A DNA stretch of 62,000 bases. Source: Wallemia ichthyophaga EXF-994. Lineage: Eukaryota; Fungi; Basidiomycota. Location: contig NW_008806276.1 in the NCBI RefSeq assembly GCF_000400465.1, positions 82,001-144,000 on the forward strand. Reading direction: 5' to 3'. A program made the position numbers and the translations under genes. The notes under the pieces were generated by a model. That model was given only the letters and a program-made list of their open reading frames with translations. It was not told the DNA's origin and did not search any database. Positions within the stretch are counted from its first letter, which is position 1. Each line of letters opens with the position of its first letter. This document shows positions 59,290 to 62,000 of the stretch, piece after piece.

Positions 59290-61656
59290 ATGATAGTGCG
59301 AGCGGGAGTGCGATTGCGATTGCAGCGGCAGCGGTGGACAAGCAGGAGCACACCACGCACCTCTTTTACGCGCACGCTAAGCAGTGCATCCTGGAGCGAC
59401 ACCCGGCGTACGCGCAACATAGGCATAATGGCGCATATAGACGGTGGCAAGACGACGCTCACGGAGTCGCTTCTGCACGCTACGGGTCACCTCAAGCACC
59501 GCGGCAACGTCGACGAGGGTACAACAACGACAGACTTCCTCCCTGCAGAACGCGAGCGCGGTATTACCATACAGAGTGCGTCGATCCCTCTGCAATGGCG
59601 TGACCACCGCATTAACCTCATCGACACACCCGGACACGCAGATTTCGCGATAGAGGTCGAGCGTGCAGTACGCGTGCTTGATGGCGGGATTGTCGTGCTC
59701 GACGGCGTGGAGGGCGTGGAAGCGCAGACTATGGGCGTGTGGGCGCAATGTCGCAGATACTCTCTCCACCCGCTTCTCCTCTTCGTCAACAAGATGGATA
59801 GAGTAGGCGCCGATTACAGACATTCGATTGAGAGCACTATAAGGAAAATGCATAGGAGACCCCTCGTGCTGCAGCTGCCGATTTATAGCAATGGCGTTGG
59901 CGGTGATGCCTTTGTTGGCGTCGTCGACGTCCTCGGCGATGCTCCGATAAACACACCCCAAGATATCCTCGATCAGCGCTCTTTAGCTCGCAATTGCCTC
60001 ATAGAAACCCTCTGTGAAGTCGACAGTAGCCTCCTCGACACTTACCTTGCCGTGGAGGACTATAGCAGGGTGAGTGATGCCGATATTCACTCCGCCTTGC
60101 GCCGGAATGTCCTTACTGGGGAGGTCCTGCCCGTGTTGTGTGGCTCAGCGCTCAAGAACATCTCCATAGACAGCATCCTCGATTCAATCATTACCTATAT
60201 TCCTTCCCCACTAGACGTTCCTGCGCCGCGGACGACCGGCGGCCACAGCATTGGCAGTATCGGGGGTAGCAATAGCGCAGTGAACAGCGCAAACAAATCA
60301 CAAACCACGCAAACCACACAGCTCTCACAAAGCACACTAGCCATGGCATTCAAAGTAGTCCACGATGCCAAAAAGGGCTGGCTAACATGGGTGCGAGTGT
60401 ATGGGGGTGTCCTAACGCGTCAAGGTGTACTATGGAACAGTTCGCGGGGGGTAAAAGAGCGCGTAAACCGGTTGCTAGTGATGAGTGCGGACGATCAAGC
60501 GGAGATCGACGCATTACACCCAGGTCAAATAGGGGTGATACTAGGTTGCAAGAGCACGCGAACGGGTGACACGCTTACAGAAGCGCGCGACACGTCGCTG
60601 CGTAATGTCACACTGCAAAACATAGCCATCCCCCCACCCGTGTTCAGTGTTGCGATAGAGCCCGAGTCCCTGTCAGATGAAGCAGGCGTGGTAGAGGCGC
60701 TGCGCAGTCTCGTCCGCACTGATCCCTCGCTCGTCGTTAGCGAGGCCAGCGAGAGTATCGCGGCGGGTGGTGATGGTCAGACCCTCCTCAGCGGGTTGGG
60801 TGAGCTACATCTGGAGATTAGCTATGCTCGCCTGCGTGAGGAATTTGGCGTTCGTTGCCGTATGGGGCCCATGCGCGTCGGCTTTCTCGAAACCCTCCCG
60901 CTAGATGCACACGCTGTGCGTCAAGAGGACTACGCTCGCGAGGTGAGCAGGAAACATACACAGGCCGGTGTTACAGTGAGTGTGCGGCGGAGAGAGGATG
61001 TGGAGGGTGAGAGTGAGAAAGTACACAACGCACACAACGCAGACAACGTGATCGTGTTCAACACCCCACACACACAGCTCGCACCAGAGTACGAGGAGGC
61101 GGTCAAGAGCGGTGTGATGGCAGGCACGGCTCGTGGACCGCTGCAAGGGCATCCTGTGCGGGGGCTGCACATTACCATCACAGATATACGTCTCCTCGAC
61201 AAAGACCAGTCGCCAAGTTCGGCACTAACGGCGGCTGTTTCGCTTGCTGTTATCAAAGCTGTACGCACAGCTTCGACGGTGGTGATAGAGCCGCTGATGC
61301 AAGTGGATATCATAGCACACGAGGGAGATGTGGGCAGAGTGATTAGCGATCTCACCTCGCTGAGGAATGGAGTGGTTGTGTCGATGGAGGAGGATATGCA
61401 TGGCGCAAACTCAGACGCACACGCTCACACTGACACTCGCACCTCAGTTTACATTCCCCCTCCCACACAGGCTTCCACACGCTCCTTCGAGAGCGGTGAT
61501 AAGGGCGCGCGGATGGTCGTGCAAGCTCATGTGCCCCTCACCAATATGATAGCTTACTCGAGCAACCTCAATGCACTCAGTGGTGGCAGCGGGACTTTCT
61601 CGATGAAGGTGTGTGGCTGGAAGGAGACGAGTGGGGCGGTGGCAGCGACGTTGTGA
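59290..61656 (+). CDS. MEF2: Mitochondrial ribosome-releasing factor 2 / EF-G2
   Basis: Arg-rich presequence, RNIGIMAHIDGGKTT, ERERGITI, DTPGH, NKMD, and EF-G domains III-V. Intronless. Confidence 0.88.
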   Translation: MIVRAGVRLRLQRQRWTSRSTPRTSFTRTLSSASWSDTRRTRNIGIMAHIDGGKTTLTESLLHATGHLKHRGNVDEGTTTTDFLPAERERGITIQSASIPLQWRDHRINLIDTPGHADFAIEVERAVRVLDGGIVVLDGVEGVEAQTMGVWAQCRRYSLHPLLLFVNKMDRVGADYRHSIESTIRKMHRRPLVLQLPIYSNGVGGDAFVGVVDVLGDAPINTPQDILDQRSLARNCLIETLCEVDSSLLDTYLAVEDYSRVSDADIHSALRRNVLTGEVLPVLCGSALKNISIDSILDSIITYIPSPLDVPAPRTTGGHSIGSIGGSNSAVNSANKSQTTQTTQLSQSTLAMAFKVVHDAKKGWLTWVRVYGGVLTRQGVLWNSSRGVKERVNRLLVMSADDQAEIDALHPGQIGVILGCKSTRTGDTLTEARDTSLRNVTLQNIAIPPPVFSVAIEPESLSDEAGVVEALRSLVRTDPSLVVSEASESIAAGGDGQTLLSGLGELHLEISYARLREEFGVRCRMGPMRVGFLETLPLDAHAVRQEDYAREVSRKHTQAGVTVSVRRREDVEGESEKVHNAHNADNVIVFNTPHTQLAPEYEEAVKSGVMAGTARGPLQGHPVRGLHITITDIRLLDKDQSPSSALTAAVSLAVIKAVRTASTVVIEPLMQVDIIAHEGDVGRVISDLTSLRNGVVVSMEEDMHGANSDAHAHTDTRTSVYIPPPTQASTRSFESGDKGARMVVQAHVPLTNMIAYSSNLNALSGGSGTFSMKVCGWKETSGAVAATL

Positions 61657-61766
61657 TATTTAATTGTAAAACGCATGCATAGACTGAACTTGAAAGGAGT
61701 GTGGATGGAATAATGCAGTAAATATCAGACATGAAACATGAGTCAAAAGCCAAGAGAAATGAGACA

Positions 61767-62000
61767 TCAGACATCCGCCGACATGTCAATTTCGACTTTC
61801 TGACCAGGTTCAAATGCAGGCAGGCCTAGAGGAGAATGTTAGAGTGATTCAAGGAAATGATGGAAACTGACCAGCATATGGACAGGAAGCACACCTGAAA
61901 GCGTCTCCGAGGTAGCAGCTGCCGCAGCTAGAAGTGGCACCTTTAGCTTGGGCGTCTTGTACGCTGTTGAAAGTTTTCTTGAGGTCAGTCGAAGTGTCGA
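61767..62000 (-). CDS. DRE2: 3' end of Fe-S cluster assembly protein Dre2/anamorsin (partial)
   Basis: [21 protein letters not shown]|[18 protein letters not shown] (CX2CX7CX2C motif) across one intron. Confidence 0.93.

Noticed and set aside
59420-59475. MEF2 G1 motif reads AHIDGGKTTLTES rather than AHIDAGKTT.TER
   Set aside because: GKT and all other G motifs are intact; EF-G2 proteins are known to be divergent.

Overview
Eukaryotic, gene-dense fungal DNA with very short spliceosomal introns (about 40-65 bp, GT-AG, CTAAC/CTGAC branch sites) and tiny intergenic gaps. By inference it is a basidiomycete, most consistent with a Wallemia-like xerophile/halophile; this was not confirmed by any search. 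Most of the window is housekeeping genes: MDM10, RRN7, a Uds1-domain protein, CSN12/PCID2, THOC3, VRP1, PDI1, a large-subunit catalase, TRM1, PDX1, a ZIP transporter, RPS18, an RMD1-like gene, RPL21, STI1, a sarcosine/fructosyl-amine oxidase, an alpha/beta hydrolase, POL2, MEF2 and the 3' end of DRE2. Accessory pockets lie between them. (i) At 1-5.3 kb, two paralogous secreted 29-aa-repeat proteins flank an agmatinase pseudogene, an amino-acid-permease pseudogene and a CSS2/Klus-like secreted protein. (ii) A class I hydrophobin lies at 11.6-12.0 kb. (iii) A four-copy tandem array of an unrecognised ~310-aa family sits at 28.4-33.1 kb, with one copy intact. (iv) The 45-47 kb pocket holds three spliced genes that the ORF track misses or fragments: a 35-aa secreted micropeptide, a 2-TM protein and a GATA-finger protein. 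The catalase gene has two splicing oddities, an intron inside its ATG and a GG-AG intron. No rRNA, tRNA, CRISPR array or recognisable transposon was found. Exon boundaries were read by eye and are approximate where stated.
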